64,000 bases of DNA. It comes from Yuukianura sp. NJ FZ-2021 (taxonomy: Eukaryota). Made by a program: the position numbers and the translations under genes. Position 1 is the stretch's first letter. Each line of letters opens with the position of its first letter. Under the pieces are notes generated by a model that made no database searches, was not told the origin of the DNA, and saw only the letters and a program-made list of their open reading frames with translations. The stretch covers positions 8,556,001 to 8,620,000 of the forward strand of contig CM102287.1 in NCBI GenBank assembly GCA_046563655.1, read 5' to 3'. Positions 13,301 through 26,421 of this stretch are shown piece after piece.

Positions 13301-16300
13301 CATCCAACTTGTCCCGAAAGCATCTTCACCATAATATTCTTCTTCATAACTTTTCCTGGGCTCTTGGACTTCTTCAGCATCGGTGGTAGCCTGGTCACCT
13401 TCGGGTGGCACAGGCTGACCATCTTCGGCCATTCTCACCGAAGGCCGTTGAGGTTTAACTGACGACTTTCGTTTTTCCTCTGGTGGGTTAGGAATCTCTT
13501 CCTCTTCTATTTCTTCTTCCTCAATTTCTTCTTCAATTTCTTCCTCTTCTTCTTCGATTTCTTCCATCTCTTCTTCAATTTCCTCCATTTCTTCATCAAA
13601 TTCTCCAAGCATTTCATCATATTCTTGCACCACCGGAAGTTTTTGTTTAACAATTGAAACTTTCTTGGCAGTATGTTCTGGTTGAGCTGCCGTTGCCGTT
13701 TCCGTCGTTTCCCAGAAAGCACACATACTAGGGTCAAAGTCAATGTCTTCGTCACCTCCGTCGCTAACTCTAGCTGCTTTCTTCTTTTTCGTTTTGTGTT
13801 GCGTCACAGCTTCCTCTTCTTCTTCTTCATCATCCACTTCTTCAATTTCTTCCTCTTCCTCTTCTTCATCTTCGTCTTCTTCAACTTCTTCAAGTTCAGT
13901 TTCATCGCTTTCGACGGCATCATCATCATCCGCGTCCTGATCCTGTGGCCAATCCCAGTCGTCGTCGCTTTTTGCTAAACTTGAAGCCGTCAACCGCCGA
14001 AACACGGCTTCAACTTTGTCCGATCCTTCAGAATCGTCGGAGTCTGACTCCGATTCCAGTGGCATGTCTTTCAACAGTTTCCTAAACAACGTTTCAAAAA
14101 CGTTTCTTAAACTTTTCTGAAAAAGTGAATCTTTGAAATTCTGACCTCATCTCGTCGCGAAGATGTGGAGGATATTTAGAGAGGTCAATGACCTGTTTCT
14201 TGATTCTTCGTTTTTTGACGAGTTTAGTAACTCTCTTGACTGCTGCCTCTCGAGCACGGTGCAATTCAGGATCGACTGCCAACAATTTCTTTTCAATTCG
14301 TCTTTCGTGTCTGAGAATTTCAAGTTCCTTGAGATTCGATTCATCGATGGGACGGAGCGGGTAGTTGGACACTTCTTGGTCAACGTTGAATCCCTAAAGA
14401 TAAAGAGTGACAGGTCAGAGGTCATACAGAAGTAAATTTGTAGAAAGTTGGATTCGTACATTGATTTTGCAGACTTTGACGTCAAAGTCGTCCCACATGA
14501 TTTTCTTCATGTTCTCAGCCCATTTGTTCCTTTCGTCAATGAGTGTCGTGATCATGATTTCAGCAATTTGTTTATCTTTTTCGCAATCTTTGGCTTCTAT
14601 GTCCTCAATGTCATCGTCCAATTCGAATTCTTCGAGACGAAGTTGTTCCTCTGGTACGCGCGTTGAATTTAGCTCAATCAGATCTTGAACCTAAAGAAAA
14701 AGTTTCGAAAACTTAAAATTTTGAGCATTTTTTTGTTGCTGAATGGAATTACCTTGCTCCTGATCTCGACCAATCCGTCTTTGACGTTTTTGACCACACC
14801 TTCATGACGTCTCGTCTGATACAACTTTTCGTCATTTACAGCTTGCATGTACAGGTCAATCTCCTTGTCACCGATTTCTGCAAAACGTTAAAAAAATTCA
14901 TAAAATTACGATTTCAATCTTTCATTTTTTTTCCTAAAAAGTGGTCATTACGGATATTCTTCTGAATGTCAATCGTGTCGAAGTACTTCATTTGAACATG
15001 AATGACACGGTCCATGTCAAGACCGTAGCCGAGTAGCGCCCAAGTTAGCATTTCAGATTCAGGTCTATTTGATGTAAATAACAGAAAAACGGTTGAATTA
15101 CAGTATTTACTTGCGTCATTACAGATTACAGAAATATGTCAAGTCACAAACTAACACTTACTTGAGTTGGATATGGACGAAAGTATTGTCATGGCCAATC
15201 GTGATCAAGTGACATCCATTCATGCTAATAATTGCATCTTTGATGCCATCATAAGATGGAAAGTGAGTCTGAAGTACTTCTTCAGTTTCAAGAACGTCTG
15301 ACTTGGGATTTGGTGGAACATGTTGCATTGCATATCCATCTTCACCAAAAGTGTATAGTCTGTCCCCCACCAGGAGCATTCGGTTGACATGCAGGGGAAG
15401 GTCGCCTTCAAATCGAATGTCAGGTTCCAGTAGACCTCCAGCATGCATCTACAGAAAAATTACTTGTTTAGTTTAGTTTATAGTTGTAAGAACTCAGATT
15501 TTAAAGTGGAACGTACATCTTCTGTAAAGTACTGCATTCCAACGCAGTGGTTTTCACAGGTATAGGAGTACATCAACTTTTTGTAGCTGGAGAAACAAAG
15601 TGTTTTGATTGGTGCGTCCAGAAGTTGAGAAGCGACGAGATCCAGACTCTCTCCGTCTAATACGTAATTGTTAATTTGAAATGGGACTTCATCTGACTCA
15701 GTTTCTTGCAAAACTACTTGGAGTCGTCGGTCTTTACTGCTTGCTGGAGTATTGATGTGTCTGATTGATCCTAAAATTTACAAACAGCAGTTGGAAGTAT
15801 TGGATACTTGAAGGATAATTTTCAATTAACTGTTAGAATTTTTACCTGGGAGGCTGCTGTAGTCCAAGTAGTGGAATTCCATCGAGGGAAGGCCGTAGGT
15901 GAGAAAAAGATGGCGACGTTGAGAATCTCCAGCGATCATGTAGCGTCCTCGACATGTCCATGCCAGTTTGTCGATTTCTGAAATTTCAAATTTCGAAAAT
16001 TTTCATACAGAATGAAATACTTGGAACTGTTCAGCATTTCTGAGTCAGTTCGCTAATGTTGGTTGAGTTTTAATAGAATTGTGATTTGGAAAACCTGTAT
16101 CTTCACAGAGGAAACTTCGGTGGACAATCTTAGGATTTTTGATGTCACGCACATCGCAGTAAATGACACATCCGTCGGGAGTTCCAATGGCGACCATCGG
16201 AAGAAGCGGATGATTCGTCATACATTCAGCGTAGAATGGAAGTTTCCATTTTGTTACCTAAGGAATAGGGAGATTCGAGTATTTAGAAAATGTCAGAAGT

Positions 16301-18053
16301 ATTTCGAAATTCATTTAAGTTGAATTACAATGTTTCCGGTGTCCGAGTCCAGAATATAGACACCTCCTTTTTCAGTAACTGCTCCAAGATACTTGGCATC
16401 TCGCTCAATGAAGCAAATACATTGGATTTCACTTAGGGTCAAATCCAGAGTGACATAGTGAGCTCTGATCCTCCCATCAACGACGCTCTCGATTCGTTTT
16501 TCCTAGAAAAAAAAATTGAATTGTAGGTTAATGGGCCAATTTTGTACAAACTTTCGTAAATATGCAAGTTTTTGTACTTACGATATCCGTGATGGCGAAA
16601 AAGGAAACGTTAGGATGAGTAGCGAAAGCATTTTTGATGTGCTTGGTAACCCGAGAAGTGAATTCTATTCGACCTTTGACTTTGATTTCGTCGTCTTTCA
16701 CAAACAGGATCTGCGGAACACAAAAACAGGAATGAGTAGGAACTTGCTCAAAAATGAAAAACTTTCAAACTAAAAAATATTCAGAATTTTTACGAGTTAT
16801 GTTATGTGAATTACTAAGAATACTCCGGAACTTAGTTGAGCTGCAATGCTTTTGGCATAAGGAACGATGTACTCAATAGTTACTCCTTCCGCTTCGTGAC
16901 TGAGGTCAAGTGACCCTATTGGCACCAAAACCTTGGCTTCAACGCTGATCTATTCAAGTTAAAGTTAGACAATTAGTTAAACCATCAATCGGTACTTCAA
17001 TGTATAGCTTGGTTACATCTTTAGTGGTCACTTACGGTGTAAAAACCATGGAGATGGTCCACGACATAAACGGTTCCAGCGGAATCAAAAGTGACTGAAA
17101 CTATGTCAATCCTGAAGGCCATTCCGAATCTGGGATCAGGATGGTCCAGCGAGAATTCATTTGGCGGGAGAGTGACGTCGCTGCGAATTATGGTCTTATC
17201 GTTGCTGTATGTCGTCAGTTCGTAAAAAGTGATGTAGCTCTGTGACCATTCCACCCAGACCTCACCATTTTGTGGCCTAGAATATCAAATTCAGTCAATT
17301 AATCATTAATTAACCAAAATGTAGTCGTGTCAAAGTTGATATAACGTCGGTAGTACGTCGGAAGTGTGTTGGTTGCTTACGATATGAGCAGATCCGAGGC
17401 GAGTCCTTTTTGCAAGCAGTCGACAACCATGATTTGGTCTCCAGTGGTCCAGCGCCACACGGAGATAACAAGTTCCGGTACGCCGGTAAGGGCCAACAGA
17501 AAGTCATCATCGTTGAAGCGAATCGCTCGGAAGCGATTCTCCGCGGCTCCTTTAGATGCAGATAGATGGCAGTTAATGTTAGGTTAGTTTTTGACTATAC
17601 TTGGGAAAGGTTATTGAGTACCTTTCATTTCCGCAAGGAGCACATCGCTATCTTCTTGATACTTGTAGACGTGAATACGCGGTTGACGAGCTCTTTCTGC
17701 CAGAGCAAAGACTCCATGGCTGGGTTTGGCCTCCAGAAGTTCAATTCCTTCCATTCCAGGATGAAACATGCGCAGTACTTGACAGTGCGGTAGGGCAAGC
17801 TGAACTAGTTTAATGTGGCAGCCACTGACGTAGGCAAAGATGTCGGGTCGGATGAGCGTAATCAAGAAATTCGGTAAACTTATTCCACGACACCATCGCA
17901 AATAGCCATCTCCGATATCCCTGAAAATGAAACCAAAAAATTCAAATCAGTTTCGTTTCTACGAAATTTCAAAATTTTAAATTCTGTGTTGAGATCGTTT
18001 TCTTACCAAGATGGTTCCTCCGTGACAGTTTCGGGAACCGGTACGGTAAGCAT
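10322..18053 (-). CDS. CFAP43: Cilia- and flagella-associated protein 43 (WDR96), multi-exon
   Basis: N-terminal WD-type region (RWCRGI...VFALAERARQPRIHVYKY), long coiled-coil C-half with STWDRFCRLRRDKI, NVEFQMVIRDGQIEL, DFYNAVLIQKHLVE and terminal LEEELDRLYAKTFPLL*, matching the CFAP43 architecture. Confidence 0.88.
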
Positions 18054-18515
18054 TTTCGTTGGCGAACAATCGAATACGTTAAGTTATGGTAGGCTTGACC
18101 TTTGACACGAAAATATGTTATAAGAGATTTTCAGAACTTCTCTTGGCTGTTGTACTCGATGCAAATTGCATTTGGTACGTAGTAGTTGAATCTTCCTCGT
18201 ATTGCGTTTTGGCTGAAAACTTGTTTGAACGATTGATCAAACAGAGACAACCGGAATCCAATGACAACCGGCATCAGTTGAATCGTGATTTGGAAATTCC
18301 TGAAACTAGAAAAAATAGAAAACAAAATGTTTGAATTATAAACGGAGATTATAGAACGGAAATGAAATTATAAATTCATATAAAATTTTTGAGGCGTCTC
18401 AATTTTTCCTTTATGTCTTTGTGATTGTGTTGTATGTTATGTCTTTTAAAGTTTTCAGTTTTTGTGTAAAACCCGTTTTTTAACTCCATTTTTTGTGAAA
18501 GTGTATAAAGTGCTC

Positions 18516-18529
18516 ATCACCATAGCAAC
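18516..18529. promoter_or_regulatory. RFX X-box upstream of CFAP43
   Basis: ATCACCATAGCAAC fits the X-box consensus RTHNYYWTRRNRAC at all 14 positions; about 460 bp upstream of the CFAP43 ATG. Confidence 0.7.
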
Positions 18530-18552
18530 CTTGTCCTCATCCTGTCAAGCCT

Positions 18553-18567
18553 TGTTTACAAACAAAC
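18553..18567. promoter_or_regulatory. Forkhead (FoxJ1-type) motif(s)
   Basis: TGTTTAC overlapping ACAAACA, about 24 bp from the X-box. Confidence 0.45.
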
Positions 18568-19045
18568 TAAATTGGAACCCGAAGAACGAAAGTGAGTGAC
18601 CTCCAAATTCAAAGTTCAGAACACAAAAGTCGACGGTACGAGAAGGTCGCCTTCACTTTCGTTCCTGCCCTACTTCCATCTTCAAAATTTCCTGTGACCT
18701 TCGACCTTCCTCATCCCTACACTCAAACCAATTGAAACCGTAAGTCCTAACCAATATTTTGAAATGACAAAAGAAACTGATCCGAAAATGCTATGGAACA
18801 CCTCTGCTTTTGATTTTGCAAGGTCAAATGAAACTTTTTAGTTTAAAAAATGCTTAAGGTACAGGGATGTTTTTCTAATCGATTGCTCAGCAAATAATCA
18901 ATTAACCGATTTTCGCTTTACAGAAACACGTAAACAGATTCTGACATTTTCATTTTCAGCCTTTTTCGATAGCCTAAAATCAAGCGCAGATTTTTTCTTC
19001 CTATCTTTTCAGAACAAAAGTTTCGTTTTTGTCAAAAATCAGAAA

Positions 19046-20375
19046 ATGACTTCACTAATTCGCCAACTTTCTTCTAAATTCCTTTGTCAATCTGGCAGAA
19101 TCTTGACCTCGAAGACATTCCAATACTCTACAACAACGCAACTTGGAAAGATGGCTACTGCTACAGTAATCGATGCTGCGGGAATCACCAGTCGCCCCTT
19201 TATTTTTAGACAAGTATGATTTTCAACTAAACAACTAAACCTAAGCTCGACTTATCAAAAAATCTTACATTTTGGAAAAATTTGACCTAATTCTTGTTTT
19301 CTTTGTAGCTGTTTGACCGAGAAAGCTGTACGTACACTTATCTGCTGGGGGACCCTGACACCCTTGAGGCAGTCCTCATCGATCCTGTCTTTGAGCTGGC
19401 AGGCAGAGATGCTCAACTGGCCAAAGACCTTGGAGTCAACTTGAAGCATGTTATGAACACGCATGTGTAAGAACTTTAATAAAATTTGCACAAAAATTGG
19501 ATTTGGAAGTTCAAAATTTTGTAATTTCTTTGAAAATTTTGAATTTTAGGCATGCTGACCACATCACTGGTTCTGGACGGCTCAAGTTGATGATTGGAAA
19601 AAGCCTGACCTCGGTCATTTCTGACGCTTCGGGAGCCGAAGCCGATCAGCATGTTGACGACCATGAGAAAATTCAGTTTGGAAAGTTCGAGCTCGAAGTG
19701 CGCTCCACTCCAGGACACACCAACGGGTTAACAGAAACTTTAAAAATTAACTTAACTTTTAAGCATTTTAAGTTTAACTGACTTATTTTGAATTTAGATG
19801 CATCTGTTACGTATTCCATGCTGGGCGAATGGTACGTCCAGACCTTCAAATCCAATTTTGAAACTAAAATTCTGAAATTTCTAAATTCTAAAATTTCAAA
19901 ATTCTGAAATTTCAAATTTTTAGGTGTTCACCGGTGACACTCTTTTGATTCGAGGTTGTGGACGAACTGACTTCCAAGAGGGCAACAGTGAGAAGCTCTA
20001 CACGTCAGTTCATACTCAACTGTTTACACTTCCAGACGACTACTTGGTCTACCCTGCGCATGACTACAAAGGTCAGAGGTCAAATCTATCTAAATAATCA
20101 ACAGATTCAAACGTTATGAAAACGTTTTGTTTTTGCATGTAATGACATTAAAACGTTTTCTTTTTGTAGGAATGACATGTTCGTCTATCGGAGAAGAAAA
20201 GGCGCTGAATCCGCGTCTTACTAAACCGCTCAACGAATTCCAAACGATCATGTCCAACCTGAATCTGCCTTATCCAAAGATGCTGGACAAAGCTGTGCCG
20301 GCCAACAAGGTCTGTGGACTCTACAACCTCGGAGAGTTGGCCTCCGACTTGCCAAAAGTGGAAGGTCGCAACTGA
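19046..20375 (+). CDS. ETHE1: Mitochondrial persulfide dioxygenase ETHE1
   Basis: Basic/hydroxylated transit-like N-terminus, then [95 protein letters not shown]. Confidence 0.95.
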
Positions 20376-20482
20376 TTCCAAATTCAAAATTGTCACAAAT
20401 TCAAAATTTTATCAAAATTAAACTTCAAAAATGGTGCTGGGCAAAAACGTTTTTATTGTCATTGATTTTATCTCTATTTTTT

Positions 20483-21140
20483 CTAAACATTGACTTGGTA
20501 AGTCGTACTGTTGCTTTTGTACTTCTGTCGTTCCTGGCAGCACTGCAGCGTGTGACCTAAAAACTTGAGGATGAGGAAGGACAGTATCATGAACAGAAAG
20601 ACGCCAATGATGAACAAAATGCTGCCAATTAGGGCCAGTATGATCAGTACCAGCTTCAGAATCACTTTGCTGACGCGTATTTTCCAATTGGTCTTTTCGT
20701 TCGGATCTCCAGAAATACTGCGCATCTCTCTGCAAAGTTAGGACAAATTTTTAGTTTTCAGAAGTCAGAAATTCAAAATCGTGAAATCTAGTCGAACTTT
20801 TTAAAAATTCTTACTTTTCGTCTTCTTTTTGAAAAAAATGGTCCAACTTCTTAAAGGAGTGGTAGAAGAACCAGTTGAGGTAGTCGTCTGGTTCTGTTTC
20901 TGGAGTAGTTGATGGCGCCAGTAGTGTGATGGATGTTGGTGAGGCTGACATCGCCGAATTCGGTTCTTGAACCGGTACTGATACAGTACCGGTCTCGGTT
21001 TCAGTGTCGTTTCTCACTTGGACGTCATTTCGTACCGGTTCGAGTACGGTTGGCAAAGGGTCTTTGTCTTTCACTACTGCAGCGGTTACAATCGTTGCAA
21101 AAATGGAAAATGTGAGCCAAAATGATGCGTTGACTTGCAT
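20483..21140 (-). CDS. Uncharacterised single-pass membrane protein (about 190 aa, 2 exons)
   Basis: Exons 21140-20815 and 20729-20483 join in frame across a GT-AG intron; signal peptide, Thr/Ser/Pro-rich stalk, long hydrophobic segment, CC then short basic tail. Confidence 0.7.
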
Positions 21141-21892
21141 TTTTTGATTTTTAAAAGTTCCGTTTTAAAAGATTTTGGATTGAAAATTTCTGAATTCAAC
21201 GGAAATCAAAGTTTAGCGATATCAAAAAGGCACAATTTGCTTGCACTTTTGTAAAACTCGGTCGTACGTAGGTGTTAACTTTTCAGAAGTTTTGTAGCCT
21301 CTCCCAACTTGGGAGTCCCAAGTTATCTCATTTAATTAGCACTTAACGAGGTAGAAACAGTAATAGTACTAAAAATTTGTTCAAATTTGGCTTGTCCAAA
21401 AATGAAACAGGAATGGAGTTCCACAGGTGAAAATGGCTTGACCGCTGTTCGAAAACTGAGACTTTGGTCTAAAACTGGATTTTGTAAAAGCTAAGTCGCA
21501 TTCAACTCCCTTCAGAAAAGTTTGAGGGAACAAAATAGGCATTTTCAGTTCAAAAATAGAAACGCAGGTACAATTTTGACCATTGGGATTAGGAATAAGG
21601 TGAAACCAATTGATAAGATGAAGGGTCCCTTAAGGGACCCTTAACACTTAAGAAATATGAAAGTTTTCTCTGTTACCCGCCTGACATGGCGAGGTCATCG
21701 ATTATGATCTTTAGCAGATCTTGATCTGCTTTTTTGGTGCGAGCAGAAAAAAGTGTGTGCAGAAAATAATTTTACCTTGACGATTCGCAATTTTGTGAAA
21801 ACGTGAAAGTGATAGTGTTTTTCAAAAACTTTTTCGGAAAAGTGTCATGTCGTCGCAACGACTCATGCGCATTTGTGCAAGCTATTTGTGAA

Positions 21893-23245
21893 ATGAAGTT
21901 TAGTGGAATAAAAGTTGGTCAACTTGCCTCATCTTTTCGACCGGAACGTCCACGTGACCTCAGCGACCAATCAGCGTCAAGAGCCAAGTACAAGCGTCAA
22001 GTGAAGAAACTTGAATCCATATTTCCAAATACCGAAGAGCCTTCAATGGGACGACATCGATCCAAAGGTGCCAAAACGAAAGTGGGCAAAGGCATTCGGA
22101 AGTTCAAGGACAAAGTAAAAGCCAGAATACGTTCAGTCCCTTCTGACTCCGAGTCGCAGTCACTTCTTGAAGGTGACGATGGTGACGTGTCCAGCAGTAG
22201 AACGTACAGAAGAAAACCGGGATTCCGGTTCCACTTGATCACAATTCTTCTGGGCATTCTGTTCGTGTGTTCAGCAGCAGCCTTCATTTTTATTCCAATT
22301 GTGCATGTCATTGCGTCCAAGTACCTCTGGATAACTTTTGGAGGATCAACTGTCCCACTAGTGCTGTCATTCGTCGGCATTTCAGCTTCAACGGCGACAC
22401 TCCTGAGTCTTTACATTATTTTCTTCAAGTTGAGTGATGTTAGGCGGAAGAGCCTTGATGACTGGACGATGGTCATTTGCTATGCAGTGTCTGCCTTGAT
22501 CGCAGCCATCACTGTACTTATTTGTGCACTTCACTTTCACGATGTCGTGGAAATCTTCGGAGAGGAATTCCTGGAACTGCTGCAGGTAGAAACACTTTTT
22601 AGTCACAACGTTCCAAATACGATTTTCCAAAGTTTAGCAACGTTCGAAGTACGGTTTTTTAGTTTTCGTAACAGTAACGTTCGAAGTTCGATTTTCAGTT
22701 TTCAGCAGCAACTTTCCTGAAAACGAAAACAAAAAATGACTTGAACTTTTTTGGATTAGTATGGCCTTACATGTTTTGGTGTGAATTGACAGGGATACTG
22801 GATGACTCCGAAGTTTCATTCCGGGATGGACCTGATCCAAATGGAATTCAAATGTTGTGGATTCTACTCCTACGAAGATTGGCGAAAAGTGGATGTTTTG
22901 GAAGGACTCCATCGTGGATACATTCCGTTTAGCTGCTGCTCCATGTTCACTTTACGTCCTTGTTCTCACGAAAACGTTCCAAGGATCCAGGAGTTACGGA
23001 CAAGCGATGATCGCGACCTGGAACAAAAACTGACAATCTACCCCGATGGGTGTAAACTCCCAATGGAGAATTACTACAAAACGATGTTAAATTGGGCAAT
23101 TATTATATCGTCATCTCTGCTGGTGATTCAGGTAACAGACTTAAAACAGTGTATGTTGGATGCTGACCTTAACTTATGTCTTTTGTAGGTGTTTCTGCTA
23201 GTCCTGCTGGCATTCTCCCGTAAACCATCTACTGCTGAATACTAA
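21893..23245 (+). CDS. Tetraspanin, peripherin-2/ROM1 (RDS)-like
   Basis: Exons 21893-22585, 22793-23131, 23189-23245; four TM helices; large loop MDLIQMEFKCCG...DW...IPFSCC...RPC...IYPDGC resembles the RDS-type loop. Confidence 0.8.
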
Positions 23246-23350
23246 ACAGAAGAATAAAGGATTTATTTGATGACAATTGGCTAATATCTGTAATTAAATT
23301 AATTAGAAGATAATAATTAGTTTAAAAAATTCTTGGAATGTCTGTATTAG

Positions 23351-26300
23351 TTATAAAATGGCGTATTGCTCGTAGAGGAGGTTCCGTATTTCGTAATACT
23401 CGTCCGAAAGGCACCCTTCTACGGCTAGTCGTCCAGCTTCTTGCTGCAAATTGACACAATTCAGTGAAAACGTTATGTTCTATGGCAGTAATTAAGTAAT
23501 TACGCACTTAATTACTAATTACTCAAGTAATTACTAATTACTAAAACATTATGTTAAGGTGTTACCCTCCTCAAGGCCACCGTTCCATTGGCACACCATA
23601 ACACTCCTCCAGAAAATTCCGACGGTATTCCATGCCTCATCAGCACTTGCTTGAAATCTGACAGTTTCAGTTCATTTACAAAGACAGTATCATGTGGATG
23701 AATCTATAAAAACATACAAAGTTAAGTTTAAGTTAGTTAAACAAAGCGATGTTAAAACGATTGTCGAAAGTTCACCTCTGATGTTGCCAGTGGTTCCAGC
23801 ATTGGAACGAGAAGTTGCACTTCGTCGTCTTTTTCTGCTGCTGCTGAAGTTCCAGGATCTTCTGGAGGTTCATCTCCTTTGAAAACAATCCGTCCATCAA
23901 CCCAAGCAATTTCAGCGTCTTTTCCTCTTCGAAATATTATAGACGACATGAGCGAATCTCGGAGTTTCACTTGATAAATCTGACTTTCTGAAGTAACGTC
24001 TACTATTTCACCGACTTCGGGAATGAAAATTTTAGAGTCCGGAGAAGCCCTTGAAACAGTTCTGGAAAGAGTTGCTGAGTTTTCTGGAGATCCACGAGTG
24101 ATAATGAGTCGTCTAGGTTTCATTTGTTCAACAATTTTTTGAATAGATTCTCCGTCTGATCTGCCCTCAAAGTCAATATACTGAATTTGACAGTTGACTG
24201 TCACTGCTTGGCGGGATTTTAAACACTTTGTAGGAATTTCTACTTCTTCGTCAAATTCATTCATGGCGTAGCCTCCGTAGTATTTGGATTCTGCAGTTGA
24301 TTTCGTTCCGTCCATTGGGTTATCGTTCAAAGAGAACTCGTCGGGTCTGAAAGGAAGAAAATCAATTTTAAAATGGTGTTCAAGCATCTTAAAATACTGT
24401 TCAAGCATCTTAAAATGCATCAGCATCATAAAATATAAATATGTTTTCAGAACTCACTTGATAAACTCTCCGTATTCATCTTGTTTGATTTTTTCATCCA
24501 AGTAGGGGTAAACAGGGTACTTGCTTTTAGCTGACTTAAAAAGCCCCGTTTCCACTTTGGTTTCCATTCCAGGCTTGATAAAAAGATCATGACTGATTCT
24601 GTTCCCGTGATAGATTCCGGTAATCTTGATTTCAGAGTCTGAATCTTCAGAGTCATCTGTATCCATCATCTCCTCTCTATGAACAGGAAAACTCTGATGA
24701 CTTGTCTGATTACACCGAATTGAAATTTTTTAACATACCTTTTCTCCTTCTTGACTCTGTATTCCTTTTCTCGTTCTTTTCTAAAATACTCGTCCAGTTC
24801 TCTTCCTTCTAACCGAACTCGTTGTTTCACTTCCAGTTCAATGGTTTTGCGTGAAGGATCATCGACCAATAGTCTTCCAAGGGTAGAAGGTGCAGATCGA
24901 TTGGTCAAAATGACACAATTCTTGGCATCTTGACACCATTGCATGAATATATCTCTGGAAAATCCAGTCTCCAAGTCAGGACTGCTTGCCAGCACAACCT
25001 GCAATGACAGCCGAGAATCAGATTGAGGCTTATTTGATAAAGTTTGGAGCCAATTGAAGGAATTGGGCAGTTTACCTTTGGAGATGGAATTTTAGCTAGT
25101 TCTTGTAAGGTGTGACAAATGCTTAGATGTTTGAATTGAAACGGATTATTTCTTGCTCCTTCAAAGCTCCGCATCAACTTGTCGCTCATCCATTCAATCT
25201 AAGGATTAAATTAATTAGATTATCATCAGTCTCATAATCACAATCGTAGATCATTGAAGAGGTATTTTTTCCGTACCATTGACTTTGCAAATTCCATAAC
25301 ATTGTAGGCCACGTTGTTGATAAAAGCAAGAGAATAGGCTGCAAGGCCAGACTCCTTGTTTCTCCATAGTTGGTCCAGCATGTGCGCAAGTTCCAAGACT
25401 CTTCCAGCAGTGTCTACTGCCAATAGGACATTTCCACCGCCGCGGAGAGTTTGCAGAATTTTAGCTGTAAAGAGATAAGAACATATGAGTACATTATAAG
25501 GTTTACAGGGATTAGCAACTTTAAATCGCTTACTCATGAGCTGCTCATCTCGCGTCCGTCGACGTGCTTGAGTATATGTAGCGTTGTAAGCGTCAGTAAT
25601 GAATAGTGAAGGACGCTGAATCTTCTCCAGTTCACATCCGTTGAGATGTCGCTCTTTCTGTAGTGATACAAAACAGAAGACTTCAGCAATAATAGATTGG
25701 TGGACAATAGAGTTTTTGGCTTATTACCTTGTGATTGTAGTCCATTCCGTAATAAATATCCTCCTCTCCGACTTTTACAATTTTCCATATCGTCCCACCC
25801 AGCATATGTCCCGCCGGAAGCGGAGTAATCGTGATTCCGTAACCCCTTTCTAGAAACCACAACAAAATTACAGTTTTGGTCGATGTAATCATAACATTAG
25901 AAAGAACACTATACTGTAACTGTACCTTTCATGTTAACGCTTTGGTTATATTTCAGTTGAACAATTTGGTCAAATGCGACATCGACGTGATCCAAATTGT
26001 AGACGTCAAAGTCCTCAACGTTGTGTCTGGAGAGATAGTAGTCGTACAAAAACATCTGACCCATTTTGAACACAGGAACTGTTGCGTAAACAGGGATTTT
26101 GAGACTGAATTTTTCAACGATGTACGGTAGAGCTCCCATATGAAATAGGTCTGGATATGTAATCAGTATTGCATCAATGCGATGGATGTGTCTGAAATTG
26201 CAAATCACAAAGGTATAAGCATCTTATTCTCCATGAATCACTCAACCATAAAATTCCAGTGCTTCTTACTTTTTGAGCTCTTTGATGTACGTTTCCTCGA

Positions 26301-26421
26301 TGGGTTTTTCATCCCATCCGCAGTCAAGGAGAAATCGAAAATCATCAACTTGTAGGATATAACATGGCGGAGATTCATCGCTGAGCCCGGAGAAACCTTG
26401 CAGCTTAATTATGGATGTCAT
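23351..26421 (-). CDS. CPSF2: Cleavage and polyadenylation specificity factor subunit 2 (CPSF100)
   Basis: MTSIIKL...[61 protein letters not shown], terminal [22 protein letters not shown]. Confidence 0.97.
24367..24430. repeat. Short intronic tandem repeat (about 21-bp unit, about 3 copies)
   Basis: TTAAAATGGTGTTCAAGCATC / TTAAAATACTGTTCAAGCATC / TTAAAATGCATCAGCATC inside a CPSF2 intron. Confidence 0.7.

Noticed and set aside
12926..13978. Plus-strand Phe/Ser/Leu-rich ORFs
   Set aside because: Antisense shadows of the Glu-rich CFAP43 exon.
19046..26421. Two metallo-beta-lactamase-fold genes (ETHE1, CPSF2) within 3 kb
   Set aside because: Anciently diverged families with unrelated functions; proximity is most likely chance.
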